From contig CM061249.1 of the NCBI GenBank assembly GCA_022605425.2, positions 744,001 to 808,000 of the forward strand: a DNA stretch of 64,000 nt. Direction: 5' to 3'. The stretch is from Hamiltosporidium tvaerminnensis FI-OER-3-3. Taxonomy: Eukaryota; Fungi; Microsporidia. The position numbers and the translations under genes are program-made. Positions 11,121-24,599 of the stretch are shown here, piece by piece (the stretch's first letter is position 1; every line of letters begins with the position of its first letter). The notes beneath the pieces were generated by a model. The model saw only the letters and a list, made by a program, of their open reading frames with translations. It was not told the DNA's origin and searched no databases.

Positions 11121-14100
11121 ATGGGTAGAAAGAAAAATGTTAGCAGCGAAATATCGAAAAATACCAAAATAAAGGCTGCAAACGACGCTGATGAAGTGAA
11201 GAGTGATATTGAAGTACAAAAATGTAAGCTACACCCACCGGCGATCTCCCTACCTTCCTCCCTCTACACAACAATAACACCTCCACCACCAGGCCAAAAT
11301 GCTAACATGCAAGATAGTGGACTTAATACCTTACCTTCGCCTAATAAACCACTTCCCTCTTCGGTTGAAGTCTTTGCGTGCGAGCCATTGTACGAAATGA
11401 CAAACCCCTGTACTCTGGCTATTTCTAAAGGTAACAGGTTATTGGCATTTTAGACAATACTCGATTCAGTGACATTCGACTCAAAGGAATCGCCTCAAAT
11501 TGTTTTTTTTGCAGTACAGACAAGGTTTGAAAGAATGCCAAGAAATGGCTGGACAGAGCTTCACAGGTACTATAATGAGAAATTCGGCTGCACTGAAACT
11601 CTCGAAGTGTTAAAAAAATTGGCACAAAGTGAGATGAGAAATGAAGTAAAATCAGAAGAGAATGGAGAGCGACGTAGAATCGCCACTTGTCTCGCTGATA
11701 CATGCACTTGACCGACACCACGGAGTACATAAACCTGAGAGATAAATTCTTGAGTAAAATCAAAGAAATCTCGATGAAGGAAATTGGAAAAGTGGTGGTC
11801 CGAACTAGAAAACATCCAAATGAATTGGTTGATAGTAAAGTTCTGGATCTCATTAATCGAGTAGTCGGTGAATATGCAGGAGCTCATGTACCTGAGTCAA
11901 TTACGGAAGCTGCGTATATCATGCAAGCTGCGCAGATATGTTATGACGAGGCAACACGTAAAGAGAAGCCTAGATTCGCTTGGAAGAAAAACATAGAAAG
12001 TAAAATTTCTAAGTTAGTACTTTCCAAAGATCTTCTCGAGAAGGCTCGTAAGCAGGAAATGCTCTCCACTTCGGAAACGAAGAGCCTTAAGAAAATCATG
12101 CGAGAGTTTAATTTAAACTTGAGCAGTGTGACTGATCTTTCTGAGGCTTTAGTTAAGAAGAATAAGTCTTTGAATGTGTACGAGGAAAAAATTACGATGC
12201 ATGAAAGTAGGAAGCAATTCCGAAAAGAGAATCGTATGTTTGAGCTTTTCCGAGGTCGATTTTATCGTGGGTTATCTGAGCGTGTGGAATCCGAGCATGT
12301 GGTTAGCCGTGATGAAATTGTGAGTTTTTGGTCTACAATGTGGAACAAAAATAATGACACAGTCACGTACGATGATTATTTGATTCCATTTGTATCAGAT
12401 AATCATCCGACCACGTTTCCTTCACTTGATGAATTTGTAAATATCATTAATTGGCTTACCGATTGGAAAGCTGCTGGAATTGATGGTATTTACAATTTTT
12501 TCATTAAGAAACTTACAACTCTTCACAAATATCTTTATGATATTGTGAAAGTTATATGTTTAGAAGGAACACCTCAAGCTGATTGGTTTTACAGCGGGCT
12601 TACGTATTTGATACCGAAAGGAATTCCACAAAGAGGCTCTGACTACAGGCCAATCACTTGTATGTCCAACCTCTATAAGTTAACGACAAAGTGTGTAACG
12701 AAAGTCGTTCAAAATGAAGTGGAAAGGCGAGGGTTGCTTGCAGAGAACCAACTAGGGGCGGTAAGAGGTGTGCAGGGAGCGAAAGAGCAGGCTCTACTGA
12801 ATATTGCCTTAAATAAAGAGTATGGAAATAATCTTAAGGCAACATGGATTGATGTTAAAAAAGCTTATGATTCAATAGATAAGGCTTATTTAACTCAATA
12901 CATTGAAAACCTTAATTTACCTGATTAGATCCTGAAATTTATTAAGGTAATTATATCAAAATGGAAAATTGATATATCAGTAGGGCCTGAAAAAATCATG
13001 AGCAAGAAGATTGAGAGAGGCTTCCTCAAAGAGATAGTTTGTCACCTTTGTTATTTGTTTTGTGTATGGATCCATTAAGCCGAAAGCTTAATGAAAAATA
13101 CACAAAAGTCACAGTACAAACAGATTCAGAATCCTATTCTACTAATCATCTCTTGTTTATTGATGATCTTAAGGCCTTGCTAAAGACAGTTCGACATTGA
13201 GTGCTATGACAGACGAGGCAAAGAAATTTTTAGAGGTGATTGGCTTAGAGATTAACAAAGAGAAGTCAGCCACAAATGATACGTGTTGTGAAGATACTGC
13301 TACTCTTCTAGAAGGTGTTAGTGTTTACAAATATTTAGGAATAATAGAAGATAGCAGAGGAATCCCAACACGTAGCTCATTTGAAGAAGTACAGAGTAAA
13401 CTTATATCAAGAGTTGAAAGACTTTGTCACACTAGATTAAACGCAAAAAATTTATTTTCTGCAATTAATCAACATGCGATATCGTTAATACACTACCACA
13501 TAGGAGTACTTCGACTGGAACCGGCTGACTTCTCTAAGTTAGATGATGCAGTGCGTGCGGTGTTGGTGAAGAATAAGATACATCTCCGCCCAGGATGTAA
13601 AGAGCGTTTATACCTTCCTAGAACAGAACTTGGAAGAGGCCTACATAGTGTTGAGTTGCGAAGCGAAAATATGCTTCTGCAACTCTTGGATTGTCTGGAA
13701 AAAAGTAAAGAAATATCAACTAGACGAGCCGTAATCCTCAAGGTGGAGAATAATAATAAAACCCATCTTGCACTAATAAAAGGCTTCTTAAAAGTAAAGT
13801 ACAGGTTGGTAGAAGAAGTCACTAAGAAAGGTTTAGAAGAAGCTCAACTTGCAAAACTATATAACGAAATAGAAAAACGAAAACTCCATTCAAAGTTATA
13901 TAATGCAAGAAAAAATGAGCTTGTGAGTGTTAGTGACTCTTCAAGATGGCTAAAGAGAGGAAATATTAGGCCACGAAATGAAGCTGTGTTCTGCTATATC
14001 TAGGATAGAAATGTATTCTGGGGAGCAGATGGTGTGTGTCAACAATGCGGGAAGTCTGGTAAGACTGTAGATCATCTAGCAACTAAATGTGAAAAAATGC

Positions 14101-14909
14101 TAGGCCATGATTATACTAGACTGCATAATGAAGTGGTTAGATGCCTACATCTTCTTCTTCTAAATAGATATAAGTTTAAGTCCTCAAAACGAATAAGGAG
14201 CCACTCAGTTCATGAAATTCTTGATAATGAGTATGCAGAGATAAGAGTGGACACCAGAATTAAAACTGATGTTAAAATTCGGAATAACAGACCGGACATA
14301 TTTATTTTAGATAAGAAGAAGAATAAGATAACGCTCATTGAAGTAGGAATCACTTCCCAAGATTCACTTCAAATAGTTAAAACTGAAAAACTTAGGAAAT
14401 ATGACCTGCTAGCCAATGAGTTGGGTCTTATTTATAGGTGTAGTGTGGAGATAATCCCTTACGTGATGACCTGGGACGGTATTGTAACAAAATACCATAA
14501 ATCTCATCTTAAAAGACTAGAAATACCCATGAATGCTCTAAATTCAGTCTATAGTACTTAAGAAGACGGTCGAAACAATTTCCTTCGATCGACGAAGAGG
14601 ACTTGAGTCAGGACTAAATTCCGAAGAAAGCTGGGAGAGAGCGTCAATGGGTGTTATTCTGAGATCAGAGATGCATGAGGAACCAATACCCCCTTTAAAA
14701 GAAGCGAAAACAGAGGAAGATGGTGCAAAAAATTTACAACCAAAAAATAAAGCACCCCTTATTTCATAAGGAGGAACCACTTTAGAGGAACCGACCAATA
14801 ACATAAATGAAGAGTCGGATTTGGTAGAAGAGACAAAAGTGGTTAAAGAGGTAGAAGAAAACATATAAAAAATGTTAAAAATATTTTAACCCAGAATTTT
14901 ATTAAATAT
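11121..14909 (+). mobile_element. Non-LTR retrotransposon, single-ORF RT + CCHC + restriction-like endonuclease type (R4/Dong-like), inactivated
   Basis: RT motifs WKAAGIDGI, DYRPITCM, ENQLG, WIDVKKAYDS, DSLSPLLF, LFIDDLK, YKYLG, LYLPR..GRGL. Zinc knuckle CQQC..DHLATKC. RLE NRPDI..LIEVGIT..K..KY. In-frame TAGs at 11451, 12926 and 14001 plus several frameshifts. 13-bp TSD tgtattaagggag at 11108-11120 and 14910-14922. Confidence 0.92.
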
Positions 14910-15109
14910 TGTATTAAGGGAGTATTTTTAAGACTTTTATTTTTAATTTGTATAAAAAAATAATTTTGGAATGAAGGGTTGTTTGAAGAGCACAGAGAAA
15001 AAAAGATATATGTTTCTTCTTTAATTAGAAGAAGTTTGATATGAAAGGATTTATTGATCTTTAATACCGAGAGGTACAAGAGGAATGGAATAAGTAAGTA
15101 ACTAGAGAG

Positions 15110-15160
15110 GAGTTGTTAGCTAATGAGTTAGGTCTTATTTATAAATGTAATATTTGATAT
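15110..15160 (+). mobile_element. Short degenerate remnant of the same RLE retrotransposon family
   Basis: ttgttagctaatgagttaggtcttatttataaatgt resembles ctgctagccaatgagttgggtcttatttataggtgt at about 14406 (LLANELGLIY). Confidence 0.55.
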
Positions 15161-15403
15161 CTTATAACTTGGTTTATAAGTTTAATTTTTAGAAATGTAT
15201 TTTAGAAGTGCCTATGTATTATCATAAATGTAAATGTATATCTAGTTATTAGAGTATATAAAGAGAATCTTAAAACCAATTTATATTTAATTAGGGATTT
15301 GTGTAAAGATAATATTATTTCTTTTTATTTGTGAAGAGAATAAAATTTAGAGGAAGTGTTTTCATTAACAGATGGGTTATAGGGAATAGAGAATCGTTTA
15401 CTA

Positions 15404-15512
15404 CCCATATCTCTAATACACATAAAATCCTAATAACCATATATCTCTAATACACATACATCTCTAATACATCTATATCTCTAATACACATACATCTCTA
15501 ATACACATACAT
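15404..15512. repeat. Short tandem repeat of atctctaatacacata-type units
   Basis: About 5 imperfect copies are directly visible. Confidence 0.75.
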
Positions 15513-16987
15513 TATATGGAAAGAAAATAGTAATCAAGCAAATATAAAAAATTTTAAACTTCTAATTTAAGAGAAAAGGCGAACTAAGTTAAAGAATCGG
15601 TTTAAAATGAAATAAAATTATAATCTAAATAATATTGAATGGAAGTTGTTGGATTCACAGATTACAAAATATATCATTTGTATAATTGGGTGAGGTTTAG
15701 CTACACACCTATAGATGTATAATTGGTTGGGGAAATGTAAAAAATCGATTTTCTATGCTTTGATTAAGAATATTACTTTTTTGATTTGTTCATAAATAAG
15801 TCTTATCGACTAAAAAAATGTGTAAAATAGAAACACTTAAACATGTCTGGTGTATCAAAAGAAATATTTGTACTCAATATTGGTAAAAATACATTTTAGT
15901 TTATAGTATTTCATTATAAAATAAGTGATAAAATGTTCTTTTACTTCTTTAAAGTTTTCATTTTTAAGTTAAGGATAAATTTGCTTTGGTTTTCTTTGAT
16001 GTTTTTTTCTAGACGTAAAGAACTGTACAGCTGGATTAAAGTTTTTTTTGGTCTTTTCACCGAGTCTTTGATTTAAATCTTGAATATTAATTAAATTAAA
16101 AATATTTTGTATAATCTCATGAAATTTTATACTTTTATTCAAAAGATTTTTAATTGAAATAATTAAGAATTTATACAACTAAGTAAGTAATTAATGTAGC
16201 ATATCTTTAATTAAGAGCTTCTCATACATACTAAGGGGAAATAAGAAAAACAGAGCAAAAATAGGTGCTCAACTGAACAGAATAAATAGAAAGTGCTTAG
16301 AAATAAAGCAATTAGATCAGATGAGGATAAGTATGCAGATTAAAATATGTATAGGTGCTTGTTAGATAATTAGACAATAGAAGAACATAATTCAAATATA
16401 ATTGATCAACAAAATATACTAGTAAACAGTGCAGATATGGTTTCAAGAGACCAAGTTAAAATATTCAATAATTCTAGAACATTTAATGAAATTTAAGAAA
16501 CTAAATATTTTGTTTTTCTTATTTAAATTTAAAACAAAGTTGTTTTCCACCAACTTAAAAGCTAGTTTTCCAATAAACATAAAATTAAGCTTAAAGTTTA
16601 ATTTGAATTTTAAATAAATATCTGATAAAAATAAAGTATACAAAAATAAATTTTACTTAATTTACAAATAAATGAAAAAAGCAATTGTCTTACAAAATCA
16701 TATCAATAAATTTATTTTAAATTATTTGTTAATAATATCATATTTTTAACAAAGCAAGATGTTTCCTTTTAACCCAAAACAATCCTAGGAACATATTAAT
16801 AGATATTAAAAACATACTGCTAAGTACATATTTTATTTGTTATGTTGCAGTATATTATATTTTAAACATTAATATAAGAGTATTTACTTATAAAGTTTCT
16901 TTTGGTTTGACAATCTTAATTTATCAGTGTGATAAAGTTAGTTTTTAAGTTATCAAATATTGTTTTTATTGACTATAAAATATCGAT

Positions 16988-18779
16988 ATGAAAATCGCAA
17001 AGATAATGGAAGAAGACAGAAGATCAGTAGAAGAAATAAATGGATATAAAAATAATGAAAAATACAATTTAACGTCATTTAATTGTGATAATAATAGAAT
17101 AGATATGAGCAGAACATATTATTCTAGTATAAGAGAAAAATATAAGCACATATACAAGATTATATTATTGGTTGTTATTTTAGTGTTTGTTTCAATTTTT
17201 ACATCAATATATATAATATCTTTGTGGCATATTAATAAAGATATAGAAAAATTTTCTAGTAATATAGAAAATGCAAAAAAAGATTCGGTTTTTTTGTATT
17301 TAAGAAGTAATCTTAGTAATATTTTACAAAAAAAATTTTATTTATTGAATTAAACAAAGATATTAAATTAAAAAGAAATATATTTTATAGAGATACTGTA
17401 TCTTCGAATAAAGAAATATTGAACAAAGACATTCTTAAGTGCTCTAACTTTTTATATTTGAATCTATCAATATTAAAAGAGAAAATAGAATTAAGTTTTT
17501 TTTCGAAAATTGGGTTTTACTTTAAAAAGAAGAATTCATTTACACTTTTTATAAATTTAACCGAACATATTATTAAGAGATTTAAAGATACACAAAATGA
17601 AAGTAAAAAAGAAACCATAACAGATAAAAATACTGGTAAGACTAAAAAATTTGGGAAAGAAAATAAAGAAAAAAACACGAATCGAAATGAAGGAAATGCT
17701 AATATAAAAACCAGATCTGATGTTTCTAATGAAGAAAACCCTGAAACCAATGGGATGAATAAAACATTTTCAGAACAACTATACATCGACATTATAAACC
17801 AAAAAACTATATATTTATCTTTCCTAAGTATTAACGATTCGAATAATCGAAGACATCAAGATAAATGTGTATTTAGTGACTATGATTGTAAATATTCTAT
17901 TGTTGACATTCTTGCATATATAGAGTATATAAGTAGCTGCAATACAGAAATTTATGATAAAATAAAAAATAGTCTAAGAAAATATAAATCAACAGATCAT
18001 TATGATAATACTAATAGACATAAGAACAGGCTTCAATATTTTATAAAAGATAATAAGGAAGGTATTAATAAAAAGAGTGACCTAGGAAATACTAGTTCTG
18101 AAGAAGAAACGAGTGAAAAAGAAACTATAGATGACAATAGGGAAATGAAAGAAAAAATAGAAGAGAAGAATAGAAGCGCTAAAAAAAATATAGATGACAA
18201 TAGGGCAGTGAAAGAAAAAATAGAAGTGAAGAATAGAAGAGCTAAAAAAAATATAGGTGACAATAGGGCAGTGAATGAAAAGAGAAATATGGAAGATAAA
18301 AAAGACACACGGAACAAGAGGAAGATAAGAGTCGTGACAGGAATGAAATACAGGCGGAATATTGGAAATATAAAAGATCGGCGAAATATAAAAGACAAAA
18401 AAAGGAAAGCAATGTTAAAGGCACGAAAGACAGCAGAAACATACGAAGTTTGAAAAATAAAAAAATACAGAGAACGATGAAAAACAGGAGAAATAGAAAG
18501 AACGATCGAGCGTATAAAAAGAAGAATATTAAAAATACAAGAAACATAATAGACATAGGTAGTAATAATGACAAAAATGTCAATGATTGCAATTCTAATG
18601 CCTATAAAAATAAATATGAGAAGAGTGATTTACAAAATATGATTGAAAATTTCAATAATGAAAATACCTATGCGTTATATCCAGAGACAGTAGCAAATCT
18701 TAAGGTCTTAAAAGAGGTTCGAGAGGCATTTTTTCAAATACATAAAAAATTTAAAAAAATTTATTCCAATTATAGTTAA
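16988..18779 (+). pseudogene. Membrane-anchored hypothetical protein split into 3 ORFs (frameshifts near A-runs); paralog of 24842-26848
   Basis: Hydrophobic segment IILLVVILVFVSIFTSIYIISL. Blocks SLWHINK..F, KIGFYFKKKNSF and Y.IVDILAYIEYISSC match the 24.8-26.8 kb protein. Breaks near the A-run at about 17330 and near 18400-18450. Confidence 0.6.
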
Positions 18780-18807
18780 CAATCTCACCAAAATGAAGAT
18801 CAAGAAC

Positions 18808-18925
18808 TAAAAATTGCTTTTTCGAAGAACTAGATTTTTAATAAATTTTTAAGTGTTACAAATAAAATTCACAATTCTACAATAAATTTATGGTGAAATC
18901 TAGTTCTTCGAAAGAGCAATTTTTA
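18808..18925. mobile_element. MITE-like hairpin, 118 bp with ~30-bp terminal inverted repeats
   Basis: taaaaattgctttttcgaagaactagattt versus aaatctagttcttcgaaagagcaattttta, one mismatch. Confidence 0.65.
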
Positions 18926-19253
18926 AAAATTTAAACTGATTCGAAATGCTAAAGATCTAAATAATACTTTGAACTCTCAAAAAAATATAAAAACATTGAA
19001 TAAATGTATTAAAGTGAAATATATTTTGTCTATATTTAATGGTAAATTATAAAATTCCATATACTGATTAAAATTAAACAAATTTTTGTTCTAATAATTG
19101 CTTATCGAATAATATTCTTATTTTTAAAATGATAATTAGTTATCTAAGCGTTATTTTCAAATATAATATTATTAATAATAAGTTTCCATTCCAATAATTA
19201 AAAAAATCCGTAAAACTAAGTATAAATAAAAAAAGCCAAATATTTTAAAAATA

Positions 19254-19628
19254 TTATTTTATTTTATACTCAGAGTTTGTAATAAACTCTACAAAACACT
19301 TTGCCCATTTTTCGTTAAAATTTTTCTTTTCAAAAAACAGCTCTCCCAAATACTTAATATAAGCATTTAACATATAATGTCTTTCCTGTACAACATTATA
19401 ATTTAATCTATTTAAGCATTTACTAGGAAATTGTGGTAAGGCAGGAATATCTTTTTTCATTTTATAATGAAGTGCTCTGAATTCCGAGTACCTTCTTAAT
19501 ACTCTAGAATGGCACTTTTCAAAATGGTCACTATTTGTTATACAAACAATTTCATAAACCGTACAATTCTTTTCTGGCAAATAAATATGCTTTTGAATTG
19601 ATATTTCAAAAATATCGCTATTCGTCAT
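19254..19628 (-). CDS. PX-domain protein (sorting nexin 3-like)
   Basis: TVYEI...VLRRYSEFRALH...LPQFPSK...VQERH.MLNAYI is the PX signature. Start taken at MTNSDIF. Confidence 0.85.
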   Translation of the reverse strand: MTNSDIFEISIQKHIYLPEKNCTVYEIVCITNSDHFEKCHSRVLRRYSEFRALHYKMKKDIPALPQFPSKCLNRLNYNVVQERHYMLNAYIKYLGELFFEKKNFNEKWAKCFVEFITNSEYKIK

Positions 19629-20153
19629 TTGATATTCTATATACCAAAGCAGAAACAAATTTATATAAAAATTTACATTGTAAAACGAAATTGAAACTTC
19701 TCTAATGAAAAGTAAAACGATGTTTCAAACAAATTGAATTCATCAATATGAACACAAAAACATAATAATAATTTGATAAACAGATAAAACAAGAAGTTGA
19801 ATTATATCATTTAGAGTAGAATATAAATAATTTATATTAATCAATCATATTAGTCATAAAATTTTTTTATTGGTTAAATATGAATACTCCTTAATGTTTA
19901 ATTTACCGGTTATTTTTTCTAGTTAATTTTAAATTGGTTTGAGTTAAATTACTATTCTTAAATTTTCTTTAAATGAAAAATATTATATCTTTTAATAAAC
20001 GGTTCAAATGTTTATTATTTTATATATCATCAGTGGAATAATCTTATAGTAGCTTAAAAAAAATATTTTTTTAAAATATTTATATTTAAATATATCTCAT
20101 AGAATAATCTCAACCTTTGATAAAAAAATTTTATTTTTAAAATATTTATTATT

Positions 20154-21113
20154 TTATACTTCAAAAACAGAATCATTGATAGAATCTTCTTTTTGATCAA
20201 AAAGCTTATAAAATTTAGAAAGGGAGACATTAAATATGATTAAAGAATAATAATAACGTTCTATTTCTGACATTTCATCAATTTTAAATATCTCAGATTT
20301 AATTTTAGTATTTTTACTTTTTTGTATGGAAATTATTTCATTTTGGTTTTCTAAAATAAACTTTTCTAAAATTTCTTTATCTAAATTAGAAACGAAATCG
20401 CGTAAGACAGAAAACACAAAACACTCAAAAATATTTTGAGTAGCTTGATTGTCAGAATATAAATTTGTGTCCTCAATTGAATATAAATATTTTATAGTGT
20501 ATGGTAGTTCTTCTTCAAATATTTTATAATAAAGATAAAATTCTTCTTTAATAGTATGTTTAAGAAGAATGGCTATTTCTTCTCTAAAATATTGTATTTT
20601 TTCTTGACATTTAGTTTTTCTCATTCGTAAATATTTAAATTTGATTTTGTTGAGTTCTTCAAAGGTGAAATACGGAAATGTTTTTAAAATAAATTGGTTT
20701 TTGAAAAATGTGGTGGGTTTATGATGAATTACATCAAATATTGACTGTAAAGTATAATTTTTGAGTTCTGTATTGAGATTATTACACTTGGAAATATATT
20801 CTTCATCCTGCTGTTCAATAAAAAAATCATTGGCTGTTTTTATTTCTTCAAACAATGTTATTATTGTCTCAAAATTTATATTTTTAAATTTTTCTGTTTG
20901 ATTCTGTAAGAAATCAATAAAATCAAACGGTTTTATTTGGTCTTCAATAATTCTTAATTCCTCTTCAATTTTTTCTTTTTCTATAATTTTATTTTCTATT
21001 TCTTCGGAAATAGAATTAAATTTAGAAAGTTTTTGCTCACTTAATGCTAAATCTTCATACTCATTATATATTTCATCCACAGTTCTATCAAGCTCCTTTC
21101 TTAAAATTTTCAT
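20154..21113 (-). CDS. Hypothetical coiled-coil protein (possibly a vesicle-tethering COG-type subunit)
   Basis: 319-aa intact ORF with an N-terminal coiled coil. The family assignment is only a weak impression. Confidence 0.65.
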   Translation of the reverse strand: MKILRKELDRTVDEIYNEYEDLALSEQKLSKFNSISEEIENKIIEKEKIEEELRIIEDQIKPFDFIDFLQNQTEKFKNINFETIITLFEEIKTANDFFIEQQDEEYISKCNNLNTELKNYTLQSIFDVIHHKPTTFFKNQFILKTFPYFTFEELNKIKFKYLRMRKTKCQEKIQYFREEIAILLKHTIKEEFYLYYKIFEEELPYTIKYLYSIEDTNLYSDNQATQNIFECFVFSVLRDFVSNLDKEILEKFILENQNEIISIQKSKNTKIKSEIFKIDEMSEIERYYYSLIIFNVSLSKFYKLFDQKEDSINDSVFEV

Positions 21114-21189
21114 GGTACTTTAAAAAAACAATAATTACAAAAATCTTTTATGATGAAACATTCTTACATGACAGATTTAAAATTTACAA

Positions 21190-21262
21190 GCCGCATTAGC
21201 TCAGTTGGTAGAGCGCCAGTCTTGTAAACTGGAGGCCAGTGGTTCGAATCCGCTATGCGGCT
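21190..21262 (+). tRNA. tRNA-Thr (anticodon TGT)
   Basis: Acceptor stem gccgcat/atgcggc, D arm tagctcagttggtagagc, anticodon arm ccagt-ctTGTaa-actgg, T loop ggttcgaatcc, followed by a T-run terminator. Confidence 0.97.
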
Positions 21263-21361
21263 TTTTTAAAACATTAAATTTTGATGTAAACAATTAATTG
21301 TTTCACTTTTCTAAAACTAGTACTTCTATTTAGATGCATAAAAGATCATTTATTAATTTAG

Positions 21362-22285
21362 TTATGTCCCGACGACGAAGACTCACTTCGAAATGTTTAA
21401 CTGGTTAAAAGAACATAAGACACCACTAAGAGTGTACCAATTAAAATACGTCGCTTTCTATTTGTCATAAATCTTATACAACCAATAATAGTGCGTAGGA
21501 CGTACATAAAACAATTAAAAAGATTCTATTAGTTAAAAAAAAATATTTGAAATAAACATTGTTAAAATTGTTCCCAGATTTTTTATTTATTAAGGATATC
21601 ATGAGAAATTTATTTTTTAATTTTTCTAACGTTTTCATTTTATAAAAAAATTACATCACTTGCTTGGGTTTTTTATAAGCAGTTTACGGTTGTATATAAA
21701 ATTGTATTATAAGATTGATGCTTTCCTACCATTTTTCTGTGTAATAAATTTATATTATCAATAATGATTGTATAAAAAAATTTTGCTTGATAGCTTCATG
21801 GAACTTTATCAAAATTAAATCAAAAGATTTTGATAAAAATGATTAAGAATTTATACAAAAAATAAATTAAATAATACATCATATAGTATAAAGAACAGTA
21901 TTTTCAGTAAAGAAACTTCTTCATCTGGAGAAATTTCTTCGCGTAAAAAAACAGAATTGAATAAAAATAGGTGGAAAGTGTACAGACTAAACATAAAATA
22001 AATTCCGAGCTGAAGCTCTGAAAAATTGAACTTAAATGAAAAAAGAGAAGAAGAATATGCTAATTGAAAAATATCCTAAATTTTATTGAGAAATGTATGA
22101 AGCCTACTAAAAATGTGATATGAAAGATTGAAAAATATAATAAAAGCAGATTAAGTGAGATTTAACATTTTTTTGTGTTTTTTTGGGAATTATGGCTTAA
22201 ATAATGAACTCCAATATTATTTTCGGGATTTTTTCTTATGAATGTAAAGGAAAGTTTATTTCTACGAGCTTAATATCTAGTTTTT
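21362..22285 (+). repeat. Degenerate dispersed repeat of probable coding origin, copy 1
   Basis: Aligns along its length with the reverse complement of about 29052-30188. Residual peptide MFNWLKEHKTPLRVYQLKYVAFYL. Confidence 0.75.
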
Positions 22286-22819
22286 AAATGAATAATCCGT
22301 TATCAATATTAAAATGTTTATATAACTCAAATAAATAAAATTCTAAAAAAATAAGTAATTTTTTAAAAAATTCATAGTCAAGCGAGTAACAAGAAAGATG
22401 GTGCAAAATTATAAAACTCAAAATAATAAATACTTTATTTAGATCGAAGAACCACATTAGATTAACCGACAATAAACATAAATTAAGTGACGGAACAAGA
22501 ATAAGAAAAGATGGGGGTCAAAGAGGTAGAAAAAAATATATATGTGTGATAAAAGGTTTTAACCTTGAATTTTATAAAATGAATTTTAGTAAATAAAATA
22601 ATCTGTTTAGACTTTACTTTTTGAATGTATAGTTTTAAATGCGAAATTCATTTCGTTATTTTTTCATATCTGGAGAGCTTATCACTATAGTAGTAATTTT
22701 AGACAGTACAAGGTTGTATTGTTTCTAATCAGTTTAACTGTCTTCTATAACCGTGTTTGAATTTACTTTGGATTCATTTAAATATTAACTAAAGTTATCT
22801 TTAATCAAAATTTTTTGTA

Positions 22820-23518
22820 TTTTTTTAAACAGAGCCACATGCTGTATTATTTTAATAACATTAAGTAGGTTCTGGTTTAACATAAGTAACTATGCCTCTT
22901 CCAAGCACATCATCGGTGATCCTTAAAATACCTACATCCCAAAGTCTTTCATCAAAAAGTGAGTCGGATTTAATTGCTGGATGAGGCAGTTACCAGGTGT
23001 TTGTTAATTTTCGTTATTTGGGGTGTGATTTGTAACTGAAATCATCTCTGAGCCCCACTAGATCATTAGCGTTCCCACTTAATCCACATATTCTTAACAC
23101 AATAAACGCCCACCCGAGATTTATCTAGGCGATTTAGATCGAATTCATTTAGACAGTGCAATGTCATACCGACAACTATAACCTGCCACTTAGACTTACT
23201 AGCTTCAAAGGGGTTTTTTTTTATATCCCCACGAGTGCATAGTATTTAAACCCAAGTGAGCATGGTTGGTTCTCCATGCTTTTACATGGAAATTACCTAC
23301 ATTCAGCTGCGGTCTTCCATTAGGTTACATGAAAAACCAAAAATAAATGGTTAGAAAAAGTTTCGCTAATTCTTCGACCATCTCATATAAACTTTCATGT
23401 AAGAATCGAAGATGTGGGGTGGTTTTATTCCCACTAAAAATCAAATCAATATTTCATCCATCAATACCGCATACTTTTTGCCAAGCAGAAATTTTTTATC
23501 TAGTTATCCCTTATCCAC
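22820..23518 (-). mobile_element. SINE-like ~720-bp family, diverged copy A
   Basis: Shares catcgg..acctacatcccaaag, tagacagtgcaatgtcatacc, ccatgcttttacatgg and gccaagcagaaa with copies B-E. Confidence 0.75.
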
Positions 23519-23877
23519 CTTATGATTTGATTATAAATATTAAAAATAATATAATTGAGAAAGAGATGCAAATAGTCAAGGGAATTTTATTGTTTAAATA
23601 GAAGATATCTAAGTTACATGGTTTAAAGAAATAAAATTAAAAATCTAAAAAACTAATTTTTAATATATTTTTCGTAAACAAACTGTATAAATATTATCAT
23701 ATCATTCTCTAGTCATCTAAATAATATTTAATTCTGATTATTTTTGGTATAGATATGCCAATAAAGTTCTTTTTCTACATTGTTTTATTAATTTAATACC
23801 TTTTAACAGCTGATAGTTATATAAAATGCAAAAAAATAACACAATTATAATTGTTTTAATATTATATAGAATAGAAA

Positions 23878-24599
23878 TGTGGATGGGAAATAACCACATA
23901 AAAAACTTTCTGCTTGGCAATGAGTATATGAAACTGATGTGAGGTCATTGTTTGGATTTTTGGTGGGAATAAAACCACACTACATCTTCGGTTGTTCCAT
24001 GGGAGTTTTTATGAAGAATAGAGGTCTCAGAAATAGAGAAACTTTTTCTGGAAATATATTTGTAGTTTTTTATGTAACCAGACCGCAGCTGAAATTGTAG
24101 GTAATTGCCATGTAAAAGCATGGAAACCTAGCCTCGCTCACTCGGGTTAGGAGATTTAACGCCTAGGAGATTTAAATTAAAACCCATTAAAAGCCGGGAG
24201 AGCTAAGTAGCAGGTTATACCTGTTGGTATGGCATTGCACTGTCTAGGTGGACCCATGTAAATCTCTGGAATATAGCTTAGCTAGAAGTTTATTGGGTTC
24301 AGAAAGTGTAGAGTAAGTGGGAATGCTGCATAGTCTTGGGGGAGCCCAGGGGGGGGGCTTCGGCCTTCGATCACACTCCATGCAACGGACATTAATGAAC
24401 ACCGGACAATTGCCTCGCCTATTAATTAGGTTTTACACACCTGGTAAATGAAAGGCTTTGGGATGTAGGTATTGCAGGGGTTACCGATGGAGTGTTGGGG
24501 TAGAAGTCATTTATGTTAAACCTAGAACTGCGTTAATGTCATGAAAACAAATATAACACTTGCCACTATTTTAAAAAGATGTGATACTTTTAAATAAAG
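23878..24599 (+). mobile_element. SINE-like ~720-bp non-coding element, copy B
   Basis: Nearly identical to 54671-55404. 15-bp TSD tatatagaatagaaa at 23863-23877 and 24600-24614. No TIRs and no ORF. Confidence 0.88.
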
